NCBI GenBank assembly: GCA_000708835.1
Contig: DF236975.1
Location: 1 to 64,000, forward strand
Source of the DNA: Klebsormidium nitens
Lineage: Eukaryota; Plantae; Klebsormidiophyceae
Length of the DNA: 64,000 nt
Direction of reading: 5' to 3'
Below the pieces are notes generated by a model. The model worked only from the letters and a program-made list of their open reading frames with translations, was not told the origin of the DNA and searched no databases. Position numbers and translations under genes: made by a program. Position 1 is the first letter of the stretch. Every line of letters starts with the position of its first letter. Positions 21,201 to 35,036 of this stretch are shown in pieces.

Positions 21201-24027
21201 CAGTCAGAAGGCTGAGGGCGATGAAGGCCTCAGTACTGCGGGAGTCGGCGACCGTCTGTAGAAGCCAGTAGGATAAGATTAGAAGACTCATGACCCTGTT
21301 TCGGACGCTTTTGTTCTCGGACGGGCAAACCCAAACTCTGATTCCGGACTCAGTCAGCCCAGTCTGCGGCTGCTCCAGCGCTTTGGTTTCCAATGTCGCG
21401 TTCAAAGTACCATCAGAAGACGAGCCCCGCGCGACACATTTTACACACGCGCGCATGCGGCCGCAGACTAGATCACCAAGTCCGAACTTGAATTCGAATT
21501 TGCCCGTCCGGAATCAAAGACGTCCGAAAGAGGGCGCAGCAGTCTTAGAACGCCCTAGCAAGAGGCCAAGCGTTCATGCCAAGAAAGCTCCGGTGCGTGG
21601 AAAGCGTCCGTACCATTCCATTCGATGTTCCAAAAGTTGAGATGCCATTTGAGGCAATACGATACAGCCCACGAATCCCGACAGGTTTTCCGCAATGTCC
21701 ACGAGCTGGCAAACGGGGAATAACGATCAAGAAGGACGAACCAACAGTCTTCAGACACCGTCTCTTCAAAGCATTCGCAAGAGAAAGAAACGACAGACCT
21801 ACAAGGGTGGAACCCAGTCAACCAAACACAGTATATCAAAGCATAGCTCCAGCTTGAGAGACTCGTAAAAGCATGAACGCTCACCTCAAACACTCGTCGC
21901 AGAAGCAAGCGGCCACCCAATAGAAGCAGCCCCAGGCCCCCGAGCGCTTTCAGCGTTGTGATACCGAGCGTCGCCCAGAGCACGCTGGGGTCGCCGCTCA
22001 GCTTGCCGCTCTCCAGGATTGGCAGGATGACCAGCAGGGGAACGACCGCGATATCCTGCAGATTTCAGGATTGATAGGATTGAGGGTTGTAAAGTCAAAG
22101 CATTTTTGAGAGGCGGAAACATTCGAGGTGTGATAAAGCTGCTGGCCCCATAGATGGAAAGAACAAGTTGACAGACACAGAGAAAAAAAAATGACACGTG
22201 GAGCAATTTCGGCCAGCGTTTATTATGTCCGTGTTCGATTTTTAGGGCGTTGAGCAGGTAGACTGAGTGCGTTCCAACCCCGATTCCGGATCAGCTTGCA
22301 ACCTCCCCTTTTGAAAAAATCAGTTGAGTGATTGCGTTCCAACCCCGATTCGGGTCAGCTTGCAACTTTCGAAAGCATCAATTGAGGAAACAGGTTTCTG
22401 CACCTCAACCCCGACTCCAAATTGCTGTGCGCCCTCTGCTCTCGAGCCCTATTGCGGGAAAGAGCAGTCAAAAGCTGGGCAGAATGTATCAACCATTTTT
22501 GAGGTCAAATAACGGAATCTAGGACGAACTCTTCAAACAATTCAAGTGGATCCGCTCCAAACAATATCTCACCTGCATCAGCAGCACTCCCAACGTCGCT
22601 GACCCAAACCGCGTCGGCAGTTCGCCCTTCTCCGCCAGAAGCTGCAGCACAAACGCCGAGGACGAGAGCGAGAGCGCAGCCCCGATGACGACAGCCTCGT
22701 CCAGGCTGCGGATGTTAACCAAGTCGGGCTTGGAGTGCAGAACAGTGGTTAGGATGCGGGTTCCGAGGGCGTTGTTGATGGGCAGCTCGAAGAAGGTGAA
22801 GGTGGCACAGCAGAGCAGGACCTGCAGGAGCGGAGGGGGGCGTTTGTAGGAGAATCCTTCGCAGCGTTTGAATGTGTCGGCAGCGTTCAAGCACTGGCAC
22901 AGTCCGAGGACAACTTCCCATCGTTTCCAGCTGTGCACGCACTTATATCCGCTGTCACCCGACCGCTCAGCTCATTTCAATAAGAACGGATTGAGAGGAG
23001 TCGAGCAAGTATCAAGCAGAGGGGAATGAAGCAACGAGCACACCAACTGAGAAAGATTGTCAGAGGAATTGAAATAAAAGGTGACGGATCTGTCATTGCT
23101 AGCCCAGGTTAGCGGCTTGCAATCGAGAGTAGAGCGGGAATAGCAAGAATATCTTGAGCATGAGGCGTCAGCTAAGCGTGGGCGGGAAAGCGAAGACTGG
23201 ACGGGTATAAAGCTGAAAGTCATCTGCGCAGCTCAGGAAAGAGTGAAGGACACAGTGAACCGCAGCAGTGGAGCATCCTAGTTGCCAAGTTTTGATCCAG
23301 CCAGAAAGGATTGCTTCAGAGGCCTCAAAAAGCTACGTGGGATATTGTCCCCCCTGCATCTATATGAACTGTCTTAAGGCCAGAAGCCCAAGGAAAGCTC
23401 AAGGCAAATTTGAAAGCCCAAACCCAAAATGAAATTGCAGATGAGAATCAGACTCACCTGTGCGAGCCCCATTCCGAACGCGAACTTGGCCAATGCTCGC
23501 AGTCGCTCGATGCTCAGCTCGAGTCCCATCTCAAAGAGCAGGAAGAGGATCCCAAGTTCCGCTAACCGCTCAATATCCTCCACGTTGCGGAACCATCCTA
23601 AGTGGTTCAGAACCACTCCTGCCCCCAGAAACCCGATCACCGGGCTAACTTTGATTGACTTAAACGCGGGGATAATCATGACTGTCGCCGCGAGGAATGT
23701 GAGTGTGTCTAACCCCAGGCTGTTTATCACGTCGATGGTCTGAGCGCAGGTGATGATCCCCTTTCTAGGTTGAGGGTTAGGAAGACCTTTGAGATAACCC
23801 GGTTTTAGGCAGCGTTCAGAAAGGGGGGTGAAGTTACCAAGGGGCTGACCCGTCCGAAGACGGGTGCCGGATAGAGGCGTAATGGGGGAGCCACGAAAAG
23901 GAGAGCGCAGTGGCAGAGATGGGCTGGCTGATGGGGTTTGGAGGTTTCGACATTGTAGAGAGGCCCGGGCTCTAGTTGAGGGGTGTGATGTCAGCGGCTG
24001 CCAACGAGCTGTTGGGCTCTGTGTGAC
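15266..24027 (-). CDS. KEA3: Thylakoid K+/H+ antiporter KEA3 (CPA2 + KTN domain) with long C-terminal extension
   Basis: Exons 24027-23458, 22821-22573, 22055-21885, 21255-21154, 20536-20402, 19961-19780, 19051-18835, 17947-16142, 15646-15266. Motifs VINSLGLDTLTFLAATV, GILFLLFEMGLELS, SLSSSAFVLQLLAEKGELPTRFGSATLG, QDIAVVPLL, SQGGEFAFVV, IIGFGQLGQ, FGDGSRP. Short transit-like N-terminus without the KEA1/2 coiled-coil. The start exon was not located. Confidence 0.93.
22262..22368. repeat. ~66-bp-period tandem duplication in a KEA3 intron
   Basis: TGCGTTCCAACCCCGATTC.GG.TCAGCTTGCAAC occurs twice, with a weaker third copy near 22405. Confidence 0.8.
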
Positions 24028-25935
24028 CTGAAGAGACACAGGTATAGACTACTGAGTCATACAGTCCTCAAAGTTCACCGCGGGGCTTGAAGCAAGATCG
24101 GGAGTAGGACGGTGTGGCAAACATTAATAGTAAGTCGCTCTACACTGTGAATGTTGCGTTTGCTTTATGACTACCTGTGTCCTCCCTTTTACGGTGTCTC
24201 AAACATCGAGTGTCGTCAGTATCCCATGTTGCTGTGATCAACGTAAGTACTTTCAGTTTGAGGACATCCAAAAAGTTGAAACATTGTTTTTTGAAGCATG
24301 ATGGTCCTCCGCAGGCTTTCCAAAACATAGAGAAAGAATTGACTTTCTTCGCTTTGCCAATTGACTTTTGCACATGGACCATTCTACCTAAGTTTGCAGC
24401 GCTGTGTGTCTCTCAAGCAACATGACCACATCTTCGTTTCTGCAACATTTCAGCACAAATTTTCCAAAGACACAATCTACAAGGGGTCAATGGCTTGTCA
24501 ACGACATTAGCCGCACAGACAGCATCACTCAATGGTGGATTGCACCAGACCGTAATGTCTCAAATTTCTCACCAAATCTCGCTCTAGAGGTCTACTTTGT
24601 TGGACCGCTCTTTAGGTCTCAATGTGGCTTCTCTTTCCATGCATCTTGCTCCAAGGGCCTCATTGACGGTTTCAGGATAGATTCACCAGAAGATTGAGAA
24701 AAAAAAAAAAGAAACGAAAGAAGAAAAACCAAGAAAGAAAAGATGGCGACCTTCTTTTTTGCAAAGCAAGCACCAGGCAGCCGCACTACAAAATCTCTAA
24801 GATTTGAAAAGCAACAACTTCTGGCGACGTGCATTCTTCAGTCGCCGAATCAGATGTGCAGGAGACTCACATTGCTGCACCGCGGACCCTTATTCATGAA
24901 ATGCTGCCCAAACCTCTGACCGCCCAGGGCATTCATGGTTGCTGATTGCATTGTCTCAGCTTGAGTCGCCAGACACAGCACTGATTTGTCAATCACACCC
25001 TGCAAGCCCCAGGTGCGAGCTGCCGCTTCATAAGAAACTTGCTGATGGAGACAGCACCATCGTTAGTGTCCTCAACGGCCGCTTGACAGCTCTTTCACCA
25101 GATGGAACCGGCTCTCCGCTGCAAGACACAATTCACAGCACGGATATCAAAGCAGAGTACTCTCAAACCTCAGCTCTGCTTTTGGCCCCTTGATGAAGCC
25201 CCTCAGCACTGCGCTTTATGAGCCTGGAGCAACAAGTCTCTGGAATTTCTCCACATTCCTGCACATCTACCTACAAGTAGCTCTTGAGGGGCTCTTGAGC
25301 TGGCTACGTACCTTCTCAAAGCCCAGTCTGCGCATCACCTTGGTCTAGATGTCATTAAGTCAGCATTCTCTCTTGTTTGTCCCTGGACTCGGAGGCTGCG
25401 TAGAGGAGAATCAGTTCTCGCAGCACGAGCTTCTGAACCATTTTTGCCACCTCAACTGTGTTTAGCGCCGTGAGATGATTTGCAAAAGAAGCGTTGGGTG
25501 AACCTTGACCTTCCGATGTATCCACGTGTCATATCCATAAACAGAACAAGAGGAAAAAGTTGCAGCAAAAACTGCTTTTCTGAACTAAACGACCATGCCG
25601 GCGACTTTCGAGTCCCCTTCTCCCTCGTCCTGGGTCCCGACTCCCTCTCTCTCTTTGAAGGTCGAGGTTTCAAGACTTGGGCGTAGGAGGACGCTCGACG
25701 GAAAGCTGCCAAGGTATCAGGGAACCGTCGTAGTCGAGGGCGTTGCGCCAAAAAATCAAAGGGCGTAGGTGAAGTGAGGAGGACGGAAGCAAGAGTTGCG
25801 GCATTGGTTACCGCCGGCGCATTATTGTTTAGGGTTTGATTAGTCTTGGTACTGATTGGGTTGCATCTTGGTGAGAGTGGAGGGGTGCAAGTGCACAGAG
25901 CAGTTCTTAGGAAGGGGTGCTGAGGGCTTCTAGAA

Positions 25936-28900
25936 ATGGCCTCGGCTCTTCTGACCAGGTCCTCGGGGTGCACTTTGGGCCTCTCCCTAAATTACGTCGC
26001 AAAGAAGCAGGCAACATGCCTGTCGAGTGCATTGACCGGGTGTCCTTTGCTTTCTCGGAGTTCGTTCAGTGGAAGCAGGCTCGCTGCGCAGAGCTTCCAA
26101 CAAAGCCGGACAACTTGCTCCACCAAGGCCGTGTTGGCCCCTGGGACGGATACAGAGTTCCTTGCATTTGCAGAGAACATTGCAGCAAAGATCAGGAATG
26201 ACCCCACCCCGGTCGACTTTGGGCTATCATATGACGACTTCAACCAAGCCCTGGACGAGAATGAGTTTACGTTTGAAGTTGGCGACATTGTAAGTGACTG
26301 ACCTTTGCTCGGAACTCAGAATCAGTCCATTTGCTTTATGCTGGCTGAGTATCACCGTGACATGCTTGCTTCACTCTTTCTTGGATTGCCGGTTTGTGGA
26401 GCTGAGCGATGCCATAGGAGCTCGTTTTCTAGGTTTAATGTGGGCAGTAAGTACAGGCATATGACAGTGTTAGCGTTTGTTGAGAAGAGAATGTAAGGCC
26501 TCAGCTAAACAGCCATCGCAACTTATTCTGAGCATGGGCCTGACAGCATGGGTGTCTGGATTGCAAAGCATTTTGGCCAAGAGCAGTCTTTCTGTGTCAA
26601 AAATGGGGCCGATAGCAACATGGTAATGGTTTCACCATGTTACCTTCTCGTTCTAGGGTTTCTGAGCATGTTTCCATCAGGGTAGCAATCATTCTGCTCG
26701 CTTAAACTGCGCTGTGCACATTGCGAGCTCCTGCTGAAACAGCATATTCACATTTGTCAGCCGGCACAGAAGTAAAAAGGCCTCCGGTCAATGCTGTTGC
26801 ACCCTGCTCAATAGTTCTATCTTTGGTGACACATTTGGTATTGTGCTTAAATGACCGCAAGCTTGCCGGTGACTTTCTGCTGCTTAGCGTCACTGGACTG
26901 CCAGCTTGGATGAATCTTTTCACACAAGGGGGCAGAACATGATGCTAATCATTTTTCAGCTAGCAGGGCACCGGTGCAGATGCAGGGCTTCATGTCTGTT
27001 ACAAATACCTCACTTGTAGTTAACTGATTTGGGGGTTTGTTTGACTGTCGCCCCAGAGAAATCCGTGGACTGGTCAAACAGATTGCTTGGACTAACAGCT
27101 GCACAAGCATTGACGCCGGAGTCCCCCAGCATTTCTGAACTGGCGGAAGTCTTGCTGATATATTAGCCTTCGTTCTTGTCGTTGACCGTTCAGCCTTTCT
27201 TCGTCAAGCCGTGAATCCAAGAACTGTCAGTCTTGTCTGCTAGAGTCCTGTCACGAACTGATTCGTCACCCTCAAAGAACCATCATGGCTTGTTGGTCAA
27301 TCTCGACCACCTTCCGGTATTCTGTTCCTGCTGATCCTTCTCAACTTCTTTCAGAGCCTTGTGGCACGTCTGAATTGTTTGACGGACGCCATCTTTTGTT
27401 CGTAGGAAACAAGTTCTTTGCTGACTTACTCAATTGTGAAAGCAGCAAACACTCATGCATCTTCCTTTGAATCTGCAGGTCCGTGGAAAGGTATACGCCA
27501 CCGACAGGGACGGCGTCTACGTCGACATCGGCGCCAAGTCGACTGCCATCTGCCCCATCTCAGAGTGCAGCATCTACAAAATTGACCACCCCGAGGAGGC
27601 CGGCATTGAGCCCGACTCCGAGCAGGACTTCATGATTCTGCGCAACGACAACCCGAATGGCGAGATGGTGCTGAGCATCCGGCGGATCCAGTACGAGCTG
27701 GCGTGGGACAAGTGCCGAAAGCTTGCTGCGGAGGACAAGACGGTGACGGGCACGGTGAGTCCATCTAATCCTGACAGTTTGGCTTTTTCGAGTCAGTTCG
27801 GGCCAGTTGCTCGAAATGGAAGTGTTGAAGGGACTCTGGTCCTACAGACTTGAAGGGCTCTTGTGTACTGAAGGAGACAGATGCTTGCAGGTTGATGTGC
27901 TCGGAACCAGCTGTCTTGGTAGTGCCATATGTGACACTGGGTATGAGGTTGGATGGCATGAGGGAATCAAAGAAGCCCTTGAGGTAGAGTGATTGATTTC
28001 GTAGTCAGACAGCTGCCTGGATGCTGTGATGCTTCATTTTCACTGGCCTTCTTGCCTTTCAACCTCTCTCCAAGACCATCAAGGAAGAACCTGACAGTTT
28101 TTAACACTTCTACGCAATCCTGTTTGCCCCACTACTTTGCAGCAGTGGCCTGACCACACACTGTGTGTGTGCTGCAGGTTGTCCAAGAGAACCGGGGGGG
28201 TATCCTTGTGTTGGTCGAGGGGCTGCGTGGCTTCGTTCCCCTGTCACATGTTGCTACTGTAAGCCACCTTTCCTTCTAACCTTACTTCCAACCTGCTGCA
28301 AGCCCTCCAGCAATCTTGTGGTCATCTGATATGTCTGCATATCGACCTGGACAGCACTGTCAGTGCTTGCGACCCCTTTAGACTTCGACGGACCTGGCAG
28401 GCTCAGCGCCACTGATTGGTTACCCTCTGAACATTCACAACTCTTTTCTGATTGGAGTATCTTGCTGATCTGGACTGCGACAGAAGGAATAGTCTGTGAG
28501 TTCCCTTCTGCTGATTTGATAAAGTGCTCGCTGTTCATGGCCTTTCGTCTTTTGGAGTGTGCAAAAGCGCTCGCCGTTCACGGTTCTCGAGTCTTTCGGA
28601 GTGGCCTTGCACACTCCTGACAGTCGTGATCAGTGCCGCCCGAAAAGCGTGTCAGGATCATGCAGCACAAGAATTCAAGACAGAAGTCAACATCCTCAGC
28701 CCCATCAGATTACTGAGGCCCGTCGTTCTCGTTTGCAGAACATCCCGCGTGAGCAGCTCCTTGGCGTGGAACTGCCCCTCAAGTTCCTGGAAGTCGACGA
28801 GGAGAATTTGCGCCTGGTTATGAGCAACCGGAAGGCTGCCGCCAAGTCCCAGATGTCGTCCTTCGGCGTTGGCGATGTCGTCATTGGAACGGTCCAGGCT

Positions 28901-30405
28901 GTGAAGCCGTACGGAGCGTTCATTGACGTTGGCGGAATCAACGGGCTGCTGCATATCAGCCAAATCAGTCACGATAGGATCACGAACGTGGAGACGGTGC
29001 TTTCAGAGGGGGACAAGATCAAGGTGAGCGTCGTCTCCCCTGAATGTCGTGAACTCAAAGTGTGCTATGTTTCCTTGAGGAGAGCATGAAATTTTGTGGG
29101 TCGTTTTTGTCTGGTAACTCATGGACGTTTGTGTCAATATCGGGTGTCTTTGCAAGGTCAACTTCGATGCGCTTCTTGCATCCGATCCGTCCTTTTTCTG
29201 CTTTATCGTCGTCGCTTTCTGTTTGTTTTCGGCTCCGTTCTGTGCTTCCGTTGTAGTTTCGCTGCAATGGATAAAGACGAGTCGGGTGTCTTGCTGGCAT
29301 TCTGCTTGCATATGTTGATAACTCAAAAAAATTGGAAAGCAGTCTCGTTTCACGGGGGTGTCATTTGTCAGTTTAAAATCAGTATCTGAGCGTCCTCCGT
29401 TGGTGCCCTCGCAGGTGATGATCTTGAGCCAAGACTCCGACCGTGGCCGCATCAGCCTGTCTACGAAAAAGCTGGAGCCGACTCCGGGTGACATGCTGAG
29501 GAACCCTCAGCTGGTGTTTGACAAGGTGCGTCTTCAGACTCTTCCTTTTTGCCACGGCCAGCTGCGGCCGCTTGTTTATTATAATGGTCAAATGTTTCAC
29601 AAAACCGCAGAAGGATTGAGTGATCAATTGATTGGTTGATTGCCTTTGATAGTGCACGGGCTGTTAGATAAGTCAACACTGAGTAGCCTCGCCTGAGGCA
29701 GGAAGCTTGGTTGTGGTCGCTTTTCTGTGCTTCATTGTCGCGGCAAAGCGGGTCTGTTGAAGCGTCACACTTGCGAAGTGAAGAAAGGTTGCTCAGTTGC
29801 TTGCAAGATGTCGTAAGGAGTCCGTCAGTCATTACTTCCGTTTGGCATCTGTTGTGGAACAAGGTTGCGCAGCAGCAAACTGCAGTCATTCGAGCAGTTG
29901 TATGGTTGAGCCCACAATTCCCACTTTACAGTGCTGGTGTCAATAAGATTTTCCAGCAATAAGCAACTCGAACGGAGTACCAGTATTGACAGCGACAATT
30001 CAAGGCACTTGCTGACTGGCGCTTTTTCTGCGCAGGCTGACGAGATGGCGAAGACTTTCAAGGAGCGGGTGGCAGCCGCAGAGGCTGCAGCACGGGCGGA
30101 AGAGAACCGGTTGAGGGCAGAGGTACGTTGCTCCAACCAGTAGAAAGGCGCTTTCCACGAGCTTCTTTGCAAGATCCTTTCTTGCCCACATGGATAGCGT
30201 TTTTGAAATCCTGCCTCATGAAGCGAGGACAATTTCCTTGCCTGTCCTTGTGGTCTGGTAGATCGATTCGAGCACTGTTTCCAAAAATATGACGCCTGAC
30301 GTCTTGTGTGTTTTTCGTCTGCAGGGCTTCTCCACAGGGCCTTTCTCGGGGGTGGAGGAACTGGGGGACTTCTTGGAGGATGAACCTGCAGCAACATCAT
30401 CATAG
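25936..30405 (+). CDS. PRPS1: Plastid 30S ribosomal protein S1
   Basis: Exons 25936-26289, 27479-27754, 28178-28258, 28739-29023, 29415-29525, 30036-30122, 30325-30405 (TAG). Transit peptide plus three S1 domains: [68 protein letters not shown]. Confidence 0.95.
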
Positions 30406-31658
30406 GTGATGGTTGTCGGAAGAGAGTTGGGGGCGTTCTAAACAGCAAACGAACTCTGATATGAAGTTTTGTGATCAGGAACAGGCTGAAGAGTATGGAA
30501 AGCCATGAGTGCAGTGGAGGGTATTCTCTGTTGGCGCAAAGTATTGATCTTTAATGAAATACAAACCCGAAGGACAAGTTGGCCTCACCATTCGTACGGC
30601 TTCACTTTCTAATATAATGCGCATTATGCTATGCCAGCGTGAGGGCCCTGCATGGTCGTAATGGTCGTCCTAAGACTCCCAGCTGAAAGTCCGGTGTTGA
30701 GGTCAGGCGATCTCATGTAGGTCCGATCGACTGCGGATTAAGTGACTACAATTGGGCATTCTTGAATTCCATGTCAATCACATGCATGTGCATGTCGGAC
30801 TCTGATCATGACATATGGCCGTGACGCCAGTATTGCGCTTGCGTTTCGGCCAGCATGATATGTAATATATACCGCCGCGTCTCTTTCTTGCATACGCGCC
30901 GCGGCGCAAAGCTGGCCTGCATGTATAAGTGCTAGAGTTAGCTAGCAAGTTCGATTTCCGATCTAGGATCGGCGAACTAGTCGGAACCCTTATTATATTG
31001 CCAGTTGAGTCCAATTGATCAACCGCAAATACACGCAGTGCACTGTGCAGCTACCGTCCTTCCAATTAGCTCTGTATTTCAATGCACGTTGTATTAACCG
31101 GCCTCGATCCATTCCCAACCCGGATCCTTAAGCTAGATCGCGACTGGAAACCCGAGTAGACCCGGATATATCGAATTAGGAAGTTAGGCTAGCCTGGCGC
31201 GGCTGAGTACCAAAGTTCCTTGATTATGATTCAATGAATGCATGGGATCGTTTGATCTGAACTCCAATCAGAGCACACGTTTCTGAGTTGCAAGCCTGAG
31301 GTTGACACTGATGATCCGAGTAACTCAGCATCGGGATAAAAAGGATCTAGAATGCATCGAAGGTTCAGAAGGTCAATACACTGAGTAGCTCATGCAAGCC
31401 GTGAGATACAGGCTACGTTGTAGACGTTGCACTAAAGAACTGGTCGCGGACAGCTGAGCATACTGGACCATATATCAAAGGCTACTTGTACACCTCGTCG
31501 TCTTTGTCAGGCAAAGGGGCTCTACCGCTTTAATAGCGCTGCACAGAACAAAACCAAAAAATACTTTGTCGTTAAATGAGTTGCAATTCTCCTTGATGTC
31601 TTCCTGTGCCATCCAAACGAGCCGAAAGGGAAAACTCAGCAACTCTTTCCTCGATAAG

Positions 31659-33560
31659 TTAAAAGAGTTGCCGTTCTCCGAGGTCGAAATATTGAAGCAC
31701 GCTAGAACTTGCAAACTGTGGGGATCAATCATCAATCACCTTGTAATCATAGCTGAACCTCGCAACTTGGGAACTGGTTACTTGAGCATGCTCGCAACAT
31801 AGTACGCCGGTCGTTTTACCTTTAGAACCTTCCACGCCGCCGCACTGACCTCAGGATCAGGGTCCTTGGTCTTCTCCAAAAGAATTCGTGCGCGCTCGGT
31901 TTTAGTCTCGTCTTCGGATGCAATCAAATTCCAGCTTAAGTCGGCCAACGAACGCATCTGCGGAGAATGTTACAATCTTTCACCCGCGCTTTTGACGTTC
32001 ATTGAAAGACGGATCACGTGACCCAAGCTGACAGCGGTCAATTTTAAGGAAGTCAAGAATAGACCTGGCCGAATCGAACCATCAAATTTGAGAAAGTAGA
32101 TCACGGAGGAGAAACATGCTACTCTAGGCAGATAAGGTACATTCGACCAGCTTTTAGGTGCTCAACATGGAGGAAGCGGCCCGGTTTCGAAGCACTTCAA
32201 TTCGCGTGTCGACCTCCGTGACAGAGATAACTTGAATGGGAAGGGATGATCAACTTGAGGGGGAGGGCGGCAGAGGGACTGTGCCGATTAGAAGAGGCAG
32301 ATTCTCTTAACGGAGATAATGCAAACTCCTACTGATAACGTGGTCGCTCAATACAAGCCTTGATCTAGAACTGTGTCTCCGTCAAGCCGCAAATCTTTGA
32401 GCAGAGTCTGTGTCCGGAGGAGCTTACGTGCTCGAGCCGCAACTCTGGACGAGGCTTGCGACGCTGCTCCGACCGCAACTCCTCTTCGCGCAATGCCTCC
32501 TGTATATATGCAAGTAATCTGAATGTGGTAGACCATTCTGGGGAGTGTTCAAGCACCTCAATGAACGTTTTGAAGGTAGCGTAGACCAAGGTCGGGCCAT
32601 TTCCACGTGAAGATAGCACCGAATCGAGTTCTGTTCCAGGCTTGCAACATTAAGGTCAAGAGAGTTTGAGCATTTGAGATCAAAAATGAGCAACCAAGAG
32701 CAGTATTGCAGACGAGTTTCTTTGTCTGTATGCAAAAGGCTTAACCTTGGGCCCCCAGCACGGCTCGGGTATTGTTCAAGCTACAGGAGTGCTTCCAGGT
32801 TACAAGACTATTTCTCGTTGAAATCCTCACGAAGAACAATGCAGAGACTTCAAAGCGTTCGCGGATTTCCACACCTTGAACCTCTCCCTCTCATAAGGTG
32901 ACCGACCTTCCCTTCCTGCGGAAGCCCGCACCAGCCAGCTTCTCCGATTTATCTGTTGTAATGCATAAAACTGATTACCATTTGTAGGAACCAAATGTTT
33001 TGTCAGGTGGCTCTTTGCGACGGCCGATTGCTTTGGCTGACGTAAGCTCATCTGTCGAGGGCAAAGAAAACACACCCCTTTCATTGAAGACCGGAAGGTC
33101 TGATTTTAATTTTCTAGATTCGTAGTAGAGACAATATCTGCTAGTAAAGTGTTCAGAAGGAGCCAGATCGGTAAAAGCCTTGCTTCGTTTCTGTTTGCAA
33201 ACATAGACAGCTTCAATTTGCGAGCAGTACGGATGGTCGCAAGGATATGTCGCATGTTTAAACACAGCAGAAGCAGGGATGTTCTTGTTCAGATGCTCCT
33301 TAAAAATGGAACAATAGTGCACAGGTTCTGAACCCGACACGTTTGATTGTGGAAGCTACACACGAAGAGCCACGAGGACAGATCAGACAAGCCTCTGCAT
33401 ACGAGACGCTGAAAGAGTCGTCACTTCCTTTAAATTTGTGTGAACCGTCTGGGTCAAGCTTGGCGTATGCCTGCAAGAATCTTGATCTGAGGGAGAGAGT
33501 TGTAAAAATGAGAAGAACGCCGCACAGGCAGCTAAGTGTCTGAGTCAGGGACATCAGCCG
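31659..33560 (-). CDS. Hypothetical multi-exon protein (Cys/His-rich segment, HEAT-like DPDPEV motif)
   Basis: Splice-flanked open segments LDSVLSSRG..RPELRLEH|GTAAGC (~32630-32427) and MRSLADLSW..KTKDPDPEVSAAAWKVLK|GTAAAA (~31958-31821), plus further open segments at 32975-33560. A TATAAAA on minus at 34516-34522. The full model is unresolved. Confidence 0.35.
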
Positions 33561-35036
33561 CACGACAAATAACCTGGAGCAAGAACAGGCTTAGCGGTGT
33601 AAACACTGCAATAAATAAAACCCGCTGGGATGCTAACTTGCCGGTTTCCTGAGTGGAAGATCGTAGCACAGACAACTGATCAGTTGATTAGAAAAGCAGC
33701 TTATGTTGGGTACTCACAACGTTTCTATGTTCCCCAATCCGGCAAGAAGAATCGAACCTGTTGATCCGGACCCCATCCGATGGAGATAGGACGTGTACTC
33801 CATCCTTCGAAGCAGAGATGAAGCTGGGCTGAAAACGAGCTACTGCTGAGTTTGTCATTGTTCCACCTCTGCACTGATCCGTGGAGAGGCCGTTCACCTT
33901 GGGGACGAGCAAAGCTGCAGTCTGCAACCTCCTGGGCAGCTTAGGCCCTCAGCAGCTAGGAGGGACTTGGATCTCCGAAGCGAAAGCTCGAAATCGCTGC
34001 CGACAGAGTCTGGAATAACTCGGGGTGGCAATACGTTGACATGTATGGCAACAGGCAAAACGATAGCTGATGTTTTATATACACGAGCAACCTGGCTGTG
34101 ATCAGCTTGCCGTGAATGTCTAGCGCATGCCTTTCTAACTAACAGATCTTTTTGGACCAGACAAGTATTGCTTGCGAGCAGGAGAAACTTGGATTGCAGC
34201 TGCTCTTCTTTTAGCCTTTTCAGGCTTGCAGCTGCCAGTACTTGTTGCTGTTTATGGCGGACTTGCAAGCGCACGCCAAGCGCGGGCACGTACAACTGAA
34301 GCAGCGCGCGCCGTTGAAAGGAAAACTGCCGACCTGCTTTGCAGAGTAGAATTGCGGTTGTTGCAAATGGCTGAAAAGCCTAAACCAGGCAGGGCTGCCG
34401 GACCGAGCCGCGCGTTCCGAACAGAGGCTGAGCAGTACGTACGTCCGCTTGCGCGCCAGATCGTGCACAGCGCGCCGCCGCGCCAGTCGATTAAAGTCCG
34501 AGCTTGTCCCGGGGGTTTTATACGAGATTTGGAGATTTGGGGTTGCGCGGCCGCCGCACAGCTGGTCCAATCGACAGCAGCCGCGCGAGTTTGCGGGGAC
34601 AGTGTGAAAAGTCGCTTTGCAGTGCCGCTTATATGCAATGACTTCGCCTCTTCTCGGTAGACGGATTTTGATTGTCACAGTCACAACGGCACAAACCGGC
34701 AAAACAGCGCGAAGAACCGTTCATGAACGTTGAGCTGAACTTAATTACACCGCTTGTTTGAGAGATGTTGATCATCCGCTGTGGAGAGCTCAAATCAACT
34801 GCATCAGAAGTGCTCCTTGGCCTTGTGCTTCAATATGGTGGCAATTCTGCAACTTTTGGCAATTCTAGAAAGGTGTGGGACCTTTTATCCCATTTGACCA
34901 TACCTCTGGTTCTATCTTCGGTCTGTGGTTTGAAGGATTAGCTTCGACCGGCGGTGGCTGGCGCCAGGGTTCACGCACTTTGTGCAGAACCTGAGGTGTA
35001 GAAAAGGACGCATGTTCGGCCTGCTCTGTGAGGACA

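Noticed and set aside
23374-24039. Assignment to envelope KEA1/KEA2
   Set aside because: Lacks the long N-terminal coiled-coil, and the motifs match KEA3.
25452-25973. 173-aa minus ORF between KEA3 and PRPS1
   Set aside because: No ATG start, overlaps the promoter/UTR region, and has no protein-like motifs.
34172-34702. Three overlapping 128-162 aa ORFs
   Set aside because: GC-rich promoter region between divergent genes; the frames are open by composition.
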